Shown: positions 26,431 through 38,590 of the stretch, piece by piece
Numbering within the stretch: position 1 is the stretch's first letter
Layout: every line of letters begins with the position of its first letter
Assembly: GCF_033153115.1 (NCBI RefSeq)
Contig: NW_026889751.1
Location: 3,596,001-3,660,000, forward strand
Reading direction: 5' to 3'
DNA: 64,000 bases
Source: Saccostrea echinata
Lineage: Eukaryota
Notes under the pieces: model-generated
Told to the model about the DNA's origin: nothing
Databases searched by the model: none
Seen by the model: the letters and a program-made list of their open reading frames with translations, nothing else
Position numbers and translations under genes: made by a program

Positions 26431-27743
26431 ATATTTACTATTGCACAATGTTAATTTTATATTTACATGTGTATATTTTTTTTAAGTTTGAGGACAAACT
26501 TTTTGTGGCAAGGGGAGAATTGTCATATACAAATTTAAATTGAAAAATTCTAAATTTTTGTATAGGACAGATTATCACGATGAAAATTTTACTGTTATAA
26601 GAGATTTTTCTAGTTTCTAAAATTAAGTTACTGTTTTGTGTTTTTTTGAACAACTCTTTCAAAATTCTTGAGCTTTTCAAATCATTTTCTTTATTGAATT
26701 TACGACTCTTAATCTTTATTGAATTAAAACATCGGCGATTTCAGATAATCCAAGCCAATTGGGTTTAACACCTGTCATCGTTTGATATTGCTAAATTATC
26801 TTTATGCAAAATAACATCAAAAGGACGATAATCTGGCCCTCAATTATTTTAAGGGTTTACTCAAGTGTCAAAACCTTTATCTATTTATCTCCAAATGTCA
26901 TTTTTACACATGTCACTCTATAATTGTTATATATACTGTTGAATTTGTTTTGGATGAGCAGTCGGAATCGGACAGCCGTCCCGAGTACACCGACCTGTAT
27001 CAAAATTTGTCAGTTCCATATTAAAAGTTAAAACGCTGGTTGGAGTTTGTCTCTAATCTGTTTAATAAGACTCATAGATAGAAAGGAGCGCAGATCGTGG
27101 CTGACAGAATCCGTGAGCGGCATCGTCAGGGAACTCAAAGAGAAGTTCTTCAAGCGAGAAATAAGACGTTCATATTTCTACATAGTCTTATTTTAGCACA
27201 GCCTGAGTGTTGATCGGGCGAGATTTTTTTTTAGAAAAAAAAGTGTGCTAATTAATTGTCATATACAAATTTAAATTGAAAAATTTCTAAATTTTTGTAT
27301 AGGACAGTATGCTTCAAAACAAATTAGTATTACAATTACAAACAGGGCAAAATGATCTGCAATTAACTGGAATGGCAAAACGAAACCCAAAGGAAACTGA
27401 GAGAAGAAAATGACGTGAATGTACACGTACACCTGTATTTAATTTTTCTTTTCTTACGCTTTTTTTGGCACTTGCAAAATGGGAATAATGTAAAAGTAAA
27501 TTATTGCAGAACAAATAAAATTCAATAAATAAAAATCATCCGAATAAACTTTTCACGTAGCAGTTATAAAAAGAAGGTAGCAGGCAAAAAATTTATTTAA
27601 CCAGAATTAGTTTTCACTTTTTATATAGATCTGGGTACATATTCAGCATTATTTTTTTTCTGTTGTTGTTGAACTAGTAGTATTGAAAATTCGAACCGGA
27701 TCCACTCCCATTAATAATTGAACCACCTGGTTTGTGCATTTTA

Positions 27744-27903
27744 NNNNNNNNNNNNNNNNNNNNNNNNNNNNNNNNNNNNNNNNNNNNNNNNNNNNNNNNN
27801 NNNNNNNNNNNNNNNNNNNNNNNNNNNNNNNNNNNNNNNNNNNNNNNNNNNNNNNNNNNNNNNNNNNNNNNNNNNNNNNNNNNNNNNNNNNNNNNNNNNN
27901 NNN
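27744..27903. other. Assembly gap
   Basis: 160 N. Confidence 1.
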
Positions 27904-29197
27904 TGTCCTTTTGTTTTCCAGCTCGACAGCTGTTATATTTAAAAACTTGAGTGTGTTTGACAGATGGTGTTATACATTATACAAATGGTTAAATGAACCA
28001 TTAGACGGCAGCCACGAACTGGATACTAACACAAAAGCAGGGATGATACGATATCCGATATCAAAATCTTACATTGACCTCTAAATCATGTTGAATAAAT
28101 CCGGACTTCAGGATTTGTGTTATAATTGATTAATCCATAAACGCATAAATATTTATATTGACTGAATGGGAAATATTTATATTGACTGAATGGGAAATCT
28201 GAAAACAGGAAACTTTTTTTGCCCAAAAAATTTTTGTGCTTAATTGACATAAAATGATCATAGCATAGTGTATTTGATCCTGAAAGTAGCTTCCTGCTTC
28301 ATGTTCAAACAGCTTTTCAACATTCGAAATGACATATAGCTGCTGCATGGATCGATAGTGGGAACTGCTGCTTTCCGCAATGGCTAGATGAAAGTTGTCT
28401 TTAAAGTCTACCAAGACAACCTCTTGATCGACGCTGGATTGTTTTCAGTAGCTGCTAGACACGAGGAAACCTTCAAGGTACGTACAAATAACATATTTTT
28501 TTAAATTCTTTTAAACTTTCACAGTAGTGCATAAAATGAACATTTTTGTATGAACAGAATTTGCTGTTCTAGTCCCCACTGTGACGGTCGACAGATCAGA
28601 TATGTATTTATATGAGAAATTCGTGATTCACAAATAATGAGTAGTCTTATTTGTATGTTACACTGGTGCCACTGTGGTCAGTAAATTCTCCATGTCTATA
28701 TATAGAAAAGTATTTACCTACATGAAACAATAGTCTCATGATTCAATAAAATCTGAAATGTAACGTCTCGGTTATTGTTAAATATGGTGCAACATTTCAG
28801 AAGAAATGGTGAATTTTACTTCATTTGTAGTGATAAAGGAAATTTTGCTCTTAAAGAAAAGCACCGACCATTTTTCTTCTTAACATTTTTAAAATTATTC
28901 ATTAGCTATATAGATAATGCTCTTATATAGTTTCTAATATGCAAAGCGCTGTAAATGAACCTTTTACTCCGTATTATTCAGAGACATACCATCAATTTAC
29001 AAGGAAAAAAAACGGAGATTGCTTTAAAATTACCTTAAAATTACACACAAATCGACCACATAAACTGTAGTATTTTGCTGCAGTTTAGTGGATTTATTTT
29101 CTTCCACAGATAGTGCGTTTAAAATTATAATGTCATTAATGATTAACAATATAACAACGTTAAATGGTAACGTTTTAATTTAAACCCATTTTGCATG

Positions 29198-29199
<2 letters not shown>

Positions 29200-29272
<73 letters not shown>
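29200..29272. repeat. (TA)n microsatellite
   Basis: Pure TA run; a (TA)n(GA)n tract also lies at about 36277-36326. Confidence 0.98.
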
Positions 29273-29276
<4 letters not shown>

Positions 29277-29914
29277 CCCTTGTTGCTACCAAACAATGAC
29301 AGAAAATCGAAATTCAAATGGTGTTTTATTTCTCAAATGTGTCTTTGAAACACTTCTTACATGCCTAACAATGTGAAATCGATTTTTGAACTTAAACAAA
29401 CCTAACTGACAAAAAAGTATTGAACCTTCTATACTCTAGATCTCGGAGACAATACTTTCTCTTGCCATTAGTAAATTTCTTCTCCATCGTAAAAGTGCTA
29501 ACATGAGTGGATATCTAAGGTGATTTATGGACATTCTCGTCATAAGAACATTTTTCAAATTCTTATCAAAACTCTTCTGCACATAGGGAATAAAGGATGG
29601 AAGTATGGCATCGGAAGCAAGAAACATAACCGCCGCTCGATATTTTCTTCACATTCTTAAGAGGTAAGCAGTTAAAAAAGTTATAGTAGTTTTACTATCT
29701 TCATAATGCAAGTTAGACCAGTCTCTAATTTTTGAAATTGAACAACATCTTGAACTCATATAGTTTGATAGTTTACTAGAGAACAAATTTTCCAATAAAC
29801 TTTGAAAATATGTGATCATTGGGATGAACATTGGCTGATATGCTGAAAACTTTCTTTGGTCTCGCATGAAATGACTAGATTTTTCTGTTTTCACAGATTG
29901 CTCTTTTGTTGAGC

Positions 29915-31168
29915 ATGCGATCATGTGTCCGATTTCTGACATGGCGAAGATGCAGGAATTGCAGGAATTGTCACAGTCCGTGTCTCCTTCTTACAATTCC
30001 ACTGTTCCTCTGGATTTTTTTTCGTCAACAAAGGACGCCTGTTATTACAGTATTTGCTCATATTTCCAGCATCGAGACAGAAAACCTCCACAAATACTCA
30101 TATTCCAACAACTTTCCACGGAAGGGATGCCCCCTTTCTCTCAATACTAGTCATTTACAAAATGTCCAGGACTATAATGGTTATACTGTGAATAGAGTTT
30201 TATTCCAGTGTGCGCCACCGTTAAACATTTCTAATATTCGAAAGAAGAAACTGGCATTTATGCCTCTTCTTTATCCTCTAGAGCTGGATATTGTACAATT
30301 AGTAAAAACACAACTCGAGGGCAAGAAAATAGTCAATGAACCCATCAATCTACATAATTTTAACTATATTCACCAAGGACAAAATATATGTAAAGAATCT
30401 AACATATTTCTCATTTTAGTTGTAAAATCTAGAGTGGAAAATTTCTTAAACCGACATGTCATTAGGAAGACTTGGGGCAATATTAGCAATTACGAAGCTG
30501 TTAAAATTGTCTTTCTTCTTGGTTTTAACAGAAGTGTGCAAAGACGAGTTGATACTGAGGCTTTGAAATATAGAGACATTGTACAGGAAGATTTTTTGGA
30601 CAATTACTCGAACAACACATTAAAAACCATTATGGGTTTAAATTGGGTTTCCCATCACTGTCGTAATGCCCAGCTAAGCTTTTACGTAGATGATGACGTT
30701 TTTCTTATCGTAAATAATTTCAAAAAATTCAGGAAATCAAGGAACCAAGGTCCTGAAATGATGTTAGGTAAACTTCTGTCTCATTCTGTACCGTACCGGG
30801 ATAATACGTCAAAATGGTTTGTGTCGTGGGAAGACTATCCATTTGACAAGTACCCTAAATATCTTGCAGGATACGCCTATCTCATGTCAGCGCTTGTTGT
30901 TAAGAAATTTGCTCTAGCTATACCTTATATCCAAACTATTTCAATCGATGACACTTATCTTGGTATTGTAGCAGAAAAACTGAAAATTGTGCGCAAAAAT
31001 CAGCCCGGTTTCCTGATGAAGAAACCTGGACCAGTATCAAACAATGCTGTGACGATGAATTTTCGAAATACATTAGCATATCATCAAATATCGTCCCCTG
31101 AGTCTATGATGCAAACGTGGATAGAATATTGTAGAGAAAGTAAATTCTGTTCACCGACGCTTGCTTGA
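29915..31168 (+). CDS. GT31-family beta-1,3-galactosyltransferase / B3GNT-like type II membrane protein
   Basis: First ATG at 29915 after acceptor TTTTCACAG (29896); N-terminal TM segment; ILVVKS, RHVIRKTWG, VFLLG, DIVQEDFLDNYSNNTLKT, YVDDDVF (DxD), SKWFVS...YPKYLAG, IDDTYLG. Possible 5' UTR exon ends at 28477 (AAG|GTACGT). Confidence 0.93.
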   Translation: MRSCVRFLTWRRCRNCRNCHSPCLLLTIPLFLWIFFRQQRTPVITVFAHISSIETENLHKYSYSNNFPRKGCPLSLNTSHLQNVQDYNGYTVNRVLFQCAPPLNISNIRKKKLAFMPLLYPLELDIVQLVKTQLEGKKIVNEPINLHNFNYIHQGQNICKESNIFLILVVKSRVENFLNRHVIRKTWGNISNYEAVKIVFLLGFNRSVQRRVDTEALKYRDIVQEDFLDNYSNNTLKTIMGLNWVSHHCRNAQLSFYVDDDVFLIVNNFKKFRKSRNQGPEMMLGKLLSHSVPYRDNTSKWFVSWEDYPFDKYPKYLAGYAYLMSALVVKKFALAIPYIQTISIDDTYLGIVAEKLKIVRKNQPGFLMKKPGPVSNNAVTMNFRNTLAYHQISSPESMMQTWIEYCRESKFCSPTLA

Positions 31169-32463
31169 AGGGATGTTGGAGCATTATTATCAGGATACGA
31201 TAAATTTCTCCCTGTCCTGGAAGAAATTTTTTCACATGTTATTTGTTTTATAAATTATATGGAAATGTGTATCTGCATCGTGCTGGAGCTCGAAGCAAAT
31301 ATATTATGTACAACTTGATTCTGCATTGTTGTACATAGTCTGAAATAGCTGAATGACGAAATAAAATATTTTTTATTAAAATAATTTTGTTGCTGGTAAT
31401 TTTTTTATTTGCTTATTTTCTTAAAGGGGAATGTGATATTGAACTTACCGATAGAACTACTTGTTAAGATACCATGGCATTGTGTGTAAAGATCTATTAT
31501 TATCTGACTATTTGTATGGAAATCAATGAAATATCATGATATTAATACTTAAGTTTAGGGCAATCATTTGATTTTAGAGTAACTATTATTTGAAATTGAC
31601 AAAAACACAGTTGCACACATTTGTCTGCTGTCTTGACGAGTTTTCGGTTGAAACCTGATTATTTAACGTAAAATGACATTTGAACCAGTGGTTCATGTGA
31701 GTCTTCCTGTGATTTTTCACCACCTGTTTGTCTATATATGTCATGCTCTATTTTGATTTAGTGGATGGCCTTAAAATAAATTTTATTATCTTGCTTCATT
31801 TGGGGTGTTATTAATGTCATAACTTGGTAATTAATTTGTACAAAATTGTTGCATGTACCATATTGTATCCTTATCATGACATAGCACTGGGATCGATTTC
31901 GGAGACATCCCCCTCCCCCATAAAAAAATGTGGGGGAGGGTTGAAAAGTTTCATTGATATTACCTGGTTCCGTTTCAGAATTCCATAAAAGAAGGAGTAC
32001 ATGAAACCCTAAGGAAATTAATTTTTATTTAAGATTTTCAGAGTATTTATTTCCTGTTGGTAATGTAATCCATGTAACCTTGTTGGACTTTTTTTTCAAA
32101 TTCTATGCTTATTGTTTTGTGTGTCTTTATTTTCTATAGTTCTTTTGAATTGATACATTTCATGTATTGCCAAACAATATTGCGGTGTCTCTAAATCTCA
32201 TTTTAAGGCGTCGTTGATGTAACTCCAACTTCGGATTTTTGGATTTTGTTTAACCGCCTCGTAGATAATGGGTATATTTCCTTTGAACAACACCATGCCG
32301 TTTTTGTTTTGTTTTGTTTGTTTGTTTTTTAACATTCAACGTCAGAACATACTGATAAAGTCTGCTTTCAAAGTTTTAAAATCTGCTAAACTGTTAAACT
32401 TCCTGTTGTTGGAGACATAAATTCCATATGCAGGTGATAATGGTGTATTGCTACCGGTACATA

Positions 32464-32929
32464 AACAAGCATTCTGAGAGTATTGCATTAGCAATACTAG
32501 TCCCCTACCGGCAAGTGTAATCTGGTTCCCGTTAAAAATTGAAAATGCTATAATTCCGTCAAAAATCAATGAAGCGGGACGAAATGCAAACTTGATCTAT
32601 AACTAATCAAGGTAAAGTCACATACCAAAAATCAGCTCAATATCTGCAAGTGTTTAGAAGAAAATTGCGGAAAACCCGTAAAAATTGAAAAGGCCGTAAT
32701 TCCGTCAAAAATCAATGAAGCGGAACGAAATGCAAACTTGATCTGTAACTCATCAAGATACACTCGCATACCAAAAATCAGCTCAATATCTGCAAGTGTT
32801 CAGGAAAAAAGTGCGGAAAACCAAGTGGGACAGACTGACAGACAGACAGAGGGACAGACAGACAGACAGACGGAGAGACTCAGAGGAAACCTATAGTCCC
32901 CTCAGGTTTCACCGGTAGGGGACTAATAA
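32464..32929 (-). mobile_element. HINE-like element inserted in a Penelope RT fragment
   Basis: AGTCCCCT subterminal repeats, two tandem units, (GACA)n, terminal hairpin. The flanks join on the minus strand as RDEFNFSIVNF / SNTPLSPAYGIYVS. Confidence 0.7.
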
Positions 32930-33564
32930 GGAAAGTTGACGATAGAAAAGTTAAATTCATCACGCATATAATAAAGTTTAGTTGTTAGTTTGCCATTAAT
33001 GTAAAAAAAAAAATTCACATTCATTCATTATTTGGGATACGAATAGTTGGTTTTATACCAAAGCTGTGCATCTGAAGACTGTACATATCATATATGTTTT
33101 TGAAATATCCCGGAGGATTATCCGAGATACACCATGTGAACTCTGATTCAGTGTTCCTTATAGGCTCAAAAAGAGTAGTGCCTTTTTATACTGGGCGAAG
33201 CGACGGCAAGTATCATTTCGTTATACTTTGTAAGTAGTTCATATGAGGTTCATACGAAGGTTAATCCAAAAATAATGTCACAACTGATATAAAATCTTTA
33301 ATAATCGAATGTAATCACTAAAATTTTACATACTAAAACCCATCTCTTTTTGTTTGTTTAATTTATATATACTCTCAATTTAGTTTTCTACAGTAACACA
33401 CCTTCACACATAAATGACTTGATATGTTATGTAAGAATATTTGGGAAAATCTGGCGTAAATGTGGGATGAATGCTGAATATAGGAGTGGACTGAATTACA
33501 CATTGCTCCAAGCTCTGGAAATATATGTCTATGATACATAAAAGGTGTAGTATAAAAATAATAA

Positions 33565-34346
33565 AGGAGATGGGCGAACATAGCGTGCAGAAAGCCTATA
33601 GCTTCAGAAATATAAAAATCATGTTCAGTTTGTGAATTTAATATTTAGAGTAAAGTTCTCATTATTGAAATTTATGAAATTGTGATAAACAAAACTTTTC
33701 TGAGGAAAATTTTCTCGGCAAAATTTATTCTTTTATTAAAAAAATTAATGTGGTATTCGTGGGGTTCGAACCCTAGCAATAAAAATCCTGAGTATCATTT
33801 TCTTTCGAGACTAGCACGCTTTTTTTTTTTTTTTTTATCTTTTATTGTTCGAGACTAGCACGCTAACCACTAGACTACACAGGCCCTGACGAACAGTGGT
33901 ATTTAAATCATGTTTGTGATATGACCCTTGACTTAATGGACTTCAAGTATTTCTCGAAAAGATGCGAATGTTATGTCATAAAAGTATATTTTTAAGGTAT
34001 AGTGGGTCATTGCTCCATATTTTTGATAACCAAAAAATGTATATTTTTATGTAAACTTTGAGGATTATCTTTCAAAAAGGTGGAGCGAAGACCCACTCAT
34101 ATCGGAAAATAGTGTTATAGTATGAGAAAATGACTCTTTTTGCCCGCTTTAGTGTGTGTCTAATATTTCACAGGCAAATAATTTCAATCTTTGAGGGATA
34201 TTTGCAAATTGTAGAGATTTTACATAAAGTATATTTTAATGTTAGACGAAATATCAAGGAAAATTTTGATATAATTGAAATTTAATTTTTCATCTTCATG
34301 TTTGTCACACTTTAGGCTTATCGCTCGTCATGTTCACCCATCTCCT
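33565..34346. mobile_element. TIR element (Kolobok-like ends) carrying a tRNA-like segment
   Basis: TIRs AGGAGATGGGCGAACAT / ATGTTCACCCATCTCCT; flanks ATAA / TTGA; its right half is also found at about 7490-7810. Confidence 0.7.
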
Positions 34347-35291
34347 TTGACCAGAATATATGAAATATACTTCTTCAGTATATACACTGTATACAGTTCT
34401 TCGGTATATACCCCCCCCCCTTTCGCAATTTCGTGAACACAAAGTGGCGGGTTAATTGTTGAACCAAACTCAGTAGAGTATGTTCCCAAATAATTATTTC
34501 AAAGTAACGATTATTTCGATAAAACAAGAAATAAGAATTTCACACTTCTAAAATGTGTAAGTTTCTTAAAGTTTATCACGTGAAATGAAATAAAGAAATA
34601 TTCAATAAGATGCCTCTGACTATATTTTTTTCTTTTTTCTGATTATCCATTATGCGTTTTAAAGTGAAAATTGACATAAATTGAACACGGGAAATGAAGT
34701 TCTTTTGTGAAATATGATGTTTTATGAAGTATTGAAATTCATCTCTTAGCAAAATATTCAAATATACACCCCCCCCCCCCCGAAACATGGATTCCCTAGT
34801 TAGAAAGAAGAGTTTTTTGTAATTAAATATGAAGAAAAGCAACCTGTTTATGAGAAGTCACCCCCTCCCCATAGTGTTTTTATTTATTTATTGAACATCC
34901 CTCCTCGTTCTGAAAATTCTGGATCCGCCACTGATTCACGCACGAATACGCCATTTTCATCCTGACCAGTCAATGAACTTGAGAAAAAAATGCTGCATAT
35001 AATTTTTTTCTGAAGTAAATTATCAAATAAAATATCAAAATATTCATTCTGTGAAATGCAATATTTCTCAATGTAGGTGAAAATAAAACCTAAGGGACCG
35101 CCGGGTAAAAATTTATCGAAGCATGGGATCGGTGCAAACTGGTAAACTGATTTAAAAAATCGTCAATTTCGATAAATTTTGACTGGTCCCTAGGCTAGGA
35201 TTTTAACTATTTCCCATTTAAGTATACACGTCCAATTGATGTAGGACTAAAATATGACCGACCTAACTAGAGAGTTCCGGGTTTAAACTAA

Positions 35292-35396
35292 CCAATCAAA
35301 ATTAATATGACATGATATGTTTGTTATGGGAACAATTAACCAATCAAAAGTTTGTAACGTTTTATGATTAGCCAATCACCCAGCGGCAAACTTGAA
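35292..35396 (+). promoter_or_regulatory. G2/M-type promoter: three CCAAT boxes + CDE/CHR
   Basis: CCAAT at 35292, 35340 and 35372 (last spacing 32 bp), all as RCCAATCA; GCGG (35383-35386), 4-nt spacer, CTTGAA (35391-35396). Confidence 0.7.
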
Positions 35397-35495
35397 TTAT
35401 CAAGCAATAGGCCTACACAGTGTTACGCGAGACTTCGCGAGATTTCAGTTTTGGAGATAAACAAACATGTCGGCCGGTGTGCAGTAAATAGTGCG

Positions 35496-36276
35496 ATGGC
35501 GTTTTCTATCTTATATTGGGCAAATTATACAGCTGGAACCAAAAAATTGAGCAGAAAATCTGAAATAGCTGTACATTCTGACCATGTACTGAGGTTTATT
35601 TATGACCAGGAAGCTTCATACGTCCGCGGTGTGGTCCAAGCTTCAATGCGAGACAGGAGTTATAATGTAACGGTAGGCGGATTTCCCTTCATTTTGAGAC
35701 TGAATACACAAAATAAAATGATAAGAAAACGTTTTGTTTGATTCTACTTATATATGAGCTAAATATATCAATATATTATTAATGGATATATAATATATAG
35801 ATTAGTCTTGGAACGAATTATAATGTGGAGAACAGCACCTGTGAGTGTGTTAATGGGCAGGATAAATGTCACCATAAGGCTAGCCTCCTTCTCTATGGGT
35901 AATCTAATCTAAATTTATTTAGTCAATAAACAACTTATAAATCTATTGAATTTATTTTAAAGCATTCGATGGACCTACAAGCATAATAAAATATGCTATG
36001 CATGTTAATATATGTAACTTCTTTTCAATCCCTGGTGGACAAGTTCTAAACACATTTCAATAAAATAAGTATGTATGTCAGGTATTTAATTCTCAACAGG
36101 TATAAGAATGTCTCCAAGACAGATGTTCGGCAGTCGTGGGTGAAAAATCCGAAGTCGGTCCCACCTCGACAAACCAAGACAATGGAGGACCTTTTCCCTG
36201 CAGCAGACAGATTTGTAAATTACAGGTTAGCTAGCTCATGATTACTACATTTACTAATGTGCAAAATATATATGAT

Positions 36277-36327
<51 letters not shown>

Positions 36328-38545
36328 ATGTGTGTGTGTATGTATGTTTGCATTTAACTTGTATTTCAATTTACAGTATGTAGTGAATGATAATATGTAG
36401 TGTACCTTAAGTATCAGATTTAATTATTTTGCATGGTAGGCCTTTGTGTTAAACCATTTAGCATTTTATTTTGCTCTATTTTTTTAACCTTTGTCAAAAA
36501 TTATTAGGGCAACAAATAGGCCAGTCAATGATAGGGACAGGGAGTTCCTATATCAGAAATTGACTACTGTGGGGAGATTTTCAGGTTAATCTGATCCTTT
36601 TTTTTATTGTCACATGTTTAGCTTTGTTCTTGTCTTTTTTTTGTTCTTGTTTTTGTATTAAACTTTTAATAATACACTTTTATTATGTTTAAACCTATTT
36701 CTTTTACTCTGAAGGAGTTATTTGTACATTCTTTTCACATGTCATTGTATACATTGAAATCCCACACTTATTTGAAGTAGTGAATAAAATAAGTTTGAAA
36801 AAATATTAAACATATATACTGGTATTAATAATTGGTAATGTAACTGCAGTTTAATACAGGGTTATTGAGTATTTGCCTTATTTTTCTATGAGGGTTTAAA
36901 TTTTTTTTTAATTTAATCAACAGCAATGCATTGGATACTATCCCCTGAGCCGCCTGTACCCACACTTGCAGTGCCTCTAGTTGAAGACCTCATATCTAGC
37001 CAGGAATTTATTTCTGCGGAAAATCCGATTGCTTGGATGAAGCAAAAATTAATGATTAATGAGCAACAAATCCAACAGGTAAAGACAAAAAAGTTGTGTA
37101 GTGAGTTGAAAGTATTCAGTTTTAATTTGAATGTTGTTTAAGTTTAAGGACTTTTGTAGATTGCCTCTCTTACCACTGGTCAAAAAGAAAATTGCATGTG
37201 GTCATCTGTTAGGAAGAATAGATTAACAGCATCAAACTTTGGTTGTGTTTTGGCAGCGATCAAGAGAAATAGGTATACCTGTAGTTATATGCCTTTATAT
37301 GTACATTTAATTAAATAATACATGTAAAAGCAGTTAATTAAATCAAAAATATTGAAAATTTGATCCTTATTTAACAGATGTTCTTGCTCCTTATTTAATA
37401 GATATCCTATCTCCTTATACAAAAGACTATGTTCAGCTTATGATCTGTCAAAAAAGGATGCTATTATTTGGGGGATGTGCAATGAAAAAGTCGCCATTGA
37501 AAAGTACAAAACTTTTGGGGATGCAGTTGTAGAGCCAACAGGTTGGTATTTTTCTTTCATAAATCAAGCAAAATGTTAATTTCTTTAAGGCAAATAAATA
37601 ATAATAAAAAAAATTGTACTTGAGATAATTTAAAATTCAGTTATTAAACTGAAGTTGAAGATAATGAGTATGAATATACTGTTTTGATGTTATGTTTATA
37701 ACAAGTCTTCTTGTACATAAGTGCATAACAATATTCGGAGTGTTGCTTTATAATGTTATCCTGTAACTTTATAATGCTATTTATAAGGTATCTGGCTACA
37801 CTGTAATGGGGTTCTTGGGTCAAGCCCAGATGGACTCATTCGTCGCCCAGCTGCATTCGAATTCAACTATCAGAATCCAGGACTAGCTGACATGTTAGAG
37901 ATGTTAAACGTTAAGCCAGAAATTCTGGAGGTGAAATGCCCCTTTTCAGCGAAGAATATGACCATTCCAGAAGCTATTGAAAAAGTAAATGATTTCTGCC
38001 TAGGTAATAATAGTGTATATTAAGTATTTTTTTGAAAATGTTAATTATTTTCAATAACTCCAATATATATGTTTTATATGATAAAGTTAGGTACCCATGT
38101 AACAATTGTTAAAAGTTTTCTCCTCCTGTTGTAATTATAATGCTAGTACTCAAGGCATATAATTAGCGTTCTCACTTTATTGTAAGGAACAAATTACTTA
38201 TAAATTTATACTAAATACATAATATTGTGTTTTAATGTTTGAAGCACCAATGAAAATTCTTATTCTATAAAAATGAGACAAATATATTTTTATTTATTTT
38301 TTCATACAGAGGTTCAGGATTTTCATGGAGTGAAATCATACAGATTACGAGAAAACCACCAATACTATGATCAAGTTCAAGGACAACTTTACATAACTGG
38401 AAAGTCCTTGTGTGATTTCATGGTCTGGACACCAAAAGACTGTGCTATTGTTAGAATTAACAAAGACGTCAATTGGGGAATTAACATATCTGTTTTGACA
38501 GACTTTTATTTCTGTAAATTTCTTCCTTATGTACAACAGCTATAA
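35496..38545 (+). CDS. SWIM zinc finger + YqaJ/lambda-exonuclease-like protein (445 aa, 9 exons)
   Basis: Exons 35496-35672, 35801-35898, 36100-36225, 36508-36584, 36924-37078, 37160-37272, 37402-37541, 37788-38003, 38310-38545; all GT-AG, frame open. Motifs CECVNGQDKCHH, TGQ...W...RKNRLTASNF, WGMCNE, GSSPDGL, LEVKCP, YYDQVQGQL. Confidence 0.92.
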
Positions 38546-38590
38546 AATATAACATTAAACATGGTGAAAACATATTCTAATTTTAACATC

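Larger units (their letters stand above)
24980..27307 (+). mobile_element. Non-autonomous gag-only retroelement with circularly permuted LTRs / split direct repeats (A1-internal-B1-A2-B2)
   Basis: A1 24980-25666 is near-identical to A2 26571-27252; B1 26518-26570 is near-identical to B2 27254-27307; primer-binding site at 25667; purine tract at 26510-26517; flanks TATGT / TATGC. Confidence 0.9.

Noticed and set aside
24889-26680. Duplicated MKSSRILKELF ORFs as a gene pair
   Set aside because: They are antisense readings of the repeated LTR segment.
24980-27307. Simple segmental duplication or ordinary LTR element
   Set aside because: The PBS, PPT and exact permutation of the first 53 bp are not explained by either, though an assembly error cannot be fully excluded without reads.
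27718-28084. ORFs spanning poly-X
   Set aside because: Artefacts of the N gap.
35364-35741. 125-aa ORF starting outside the transposon
   Set aside because: It crosses the TIR by chance; the SWIM-YqaJ gene more plausibly starts at ATG 35496 and splices at 35672.
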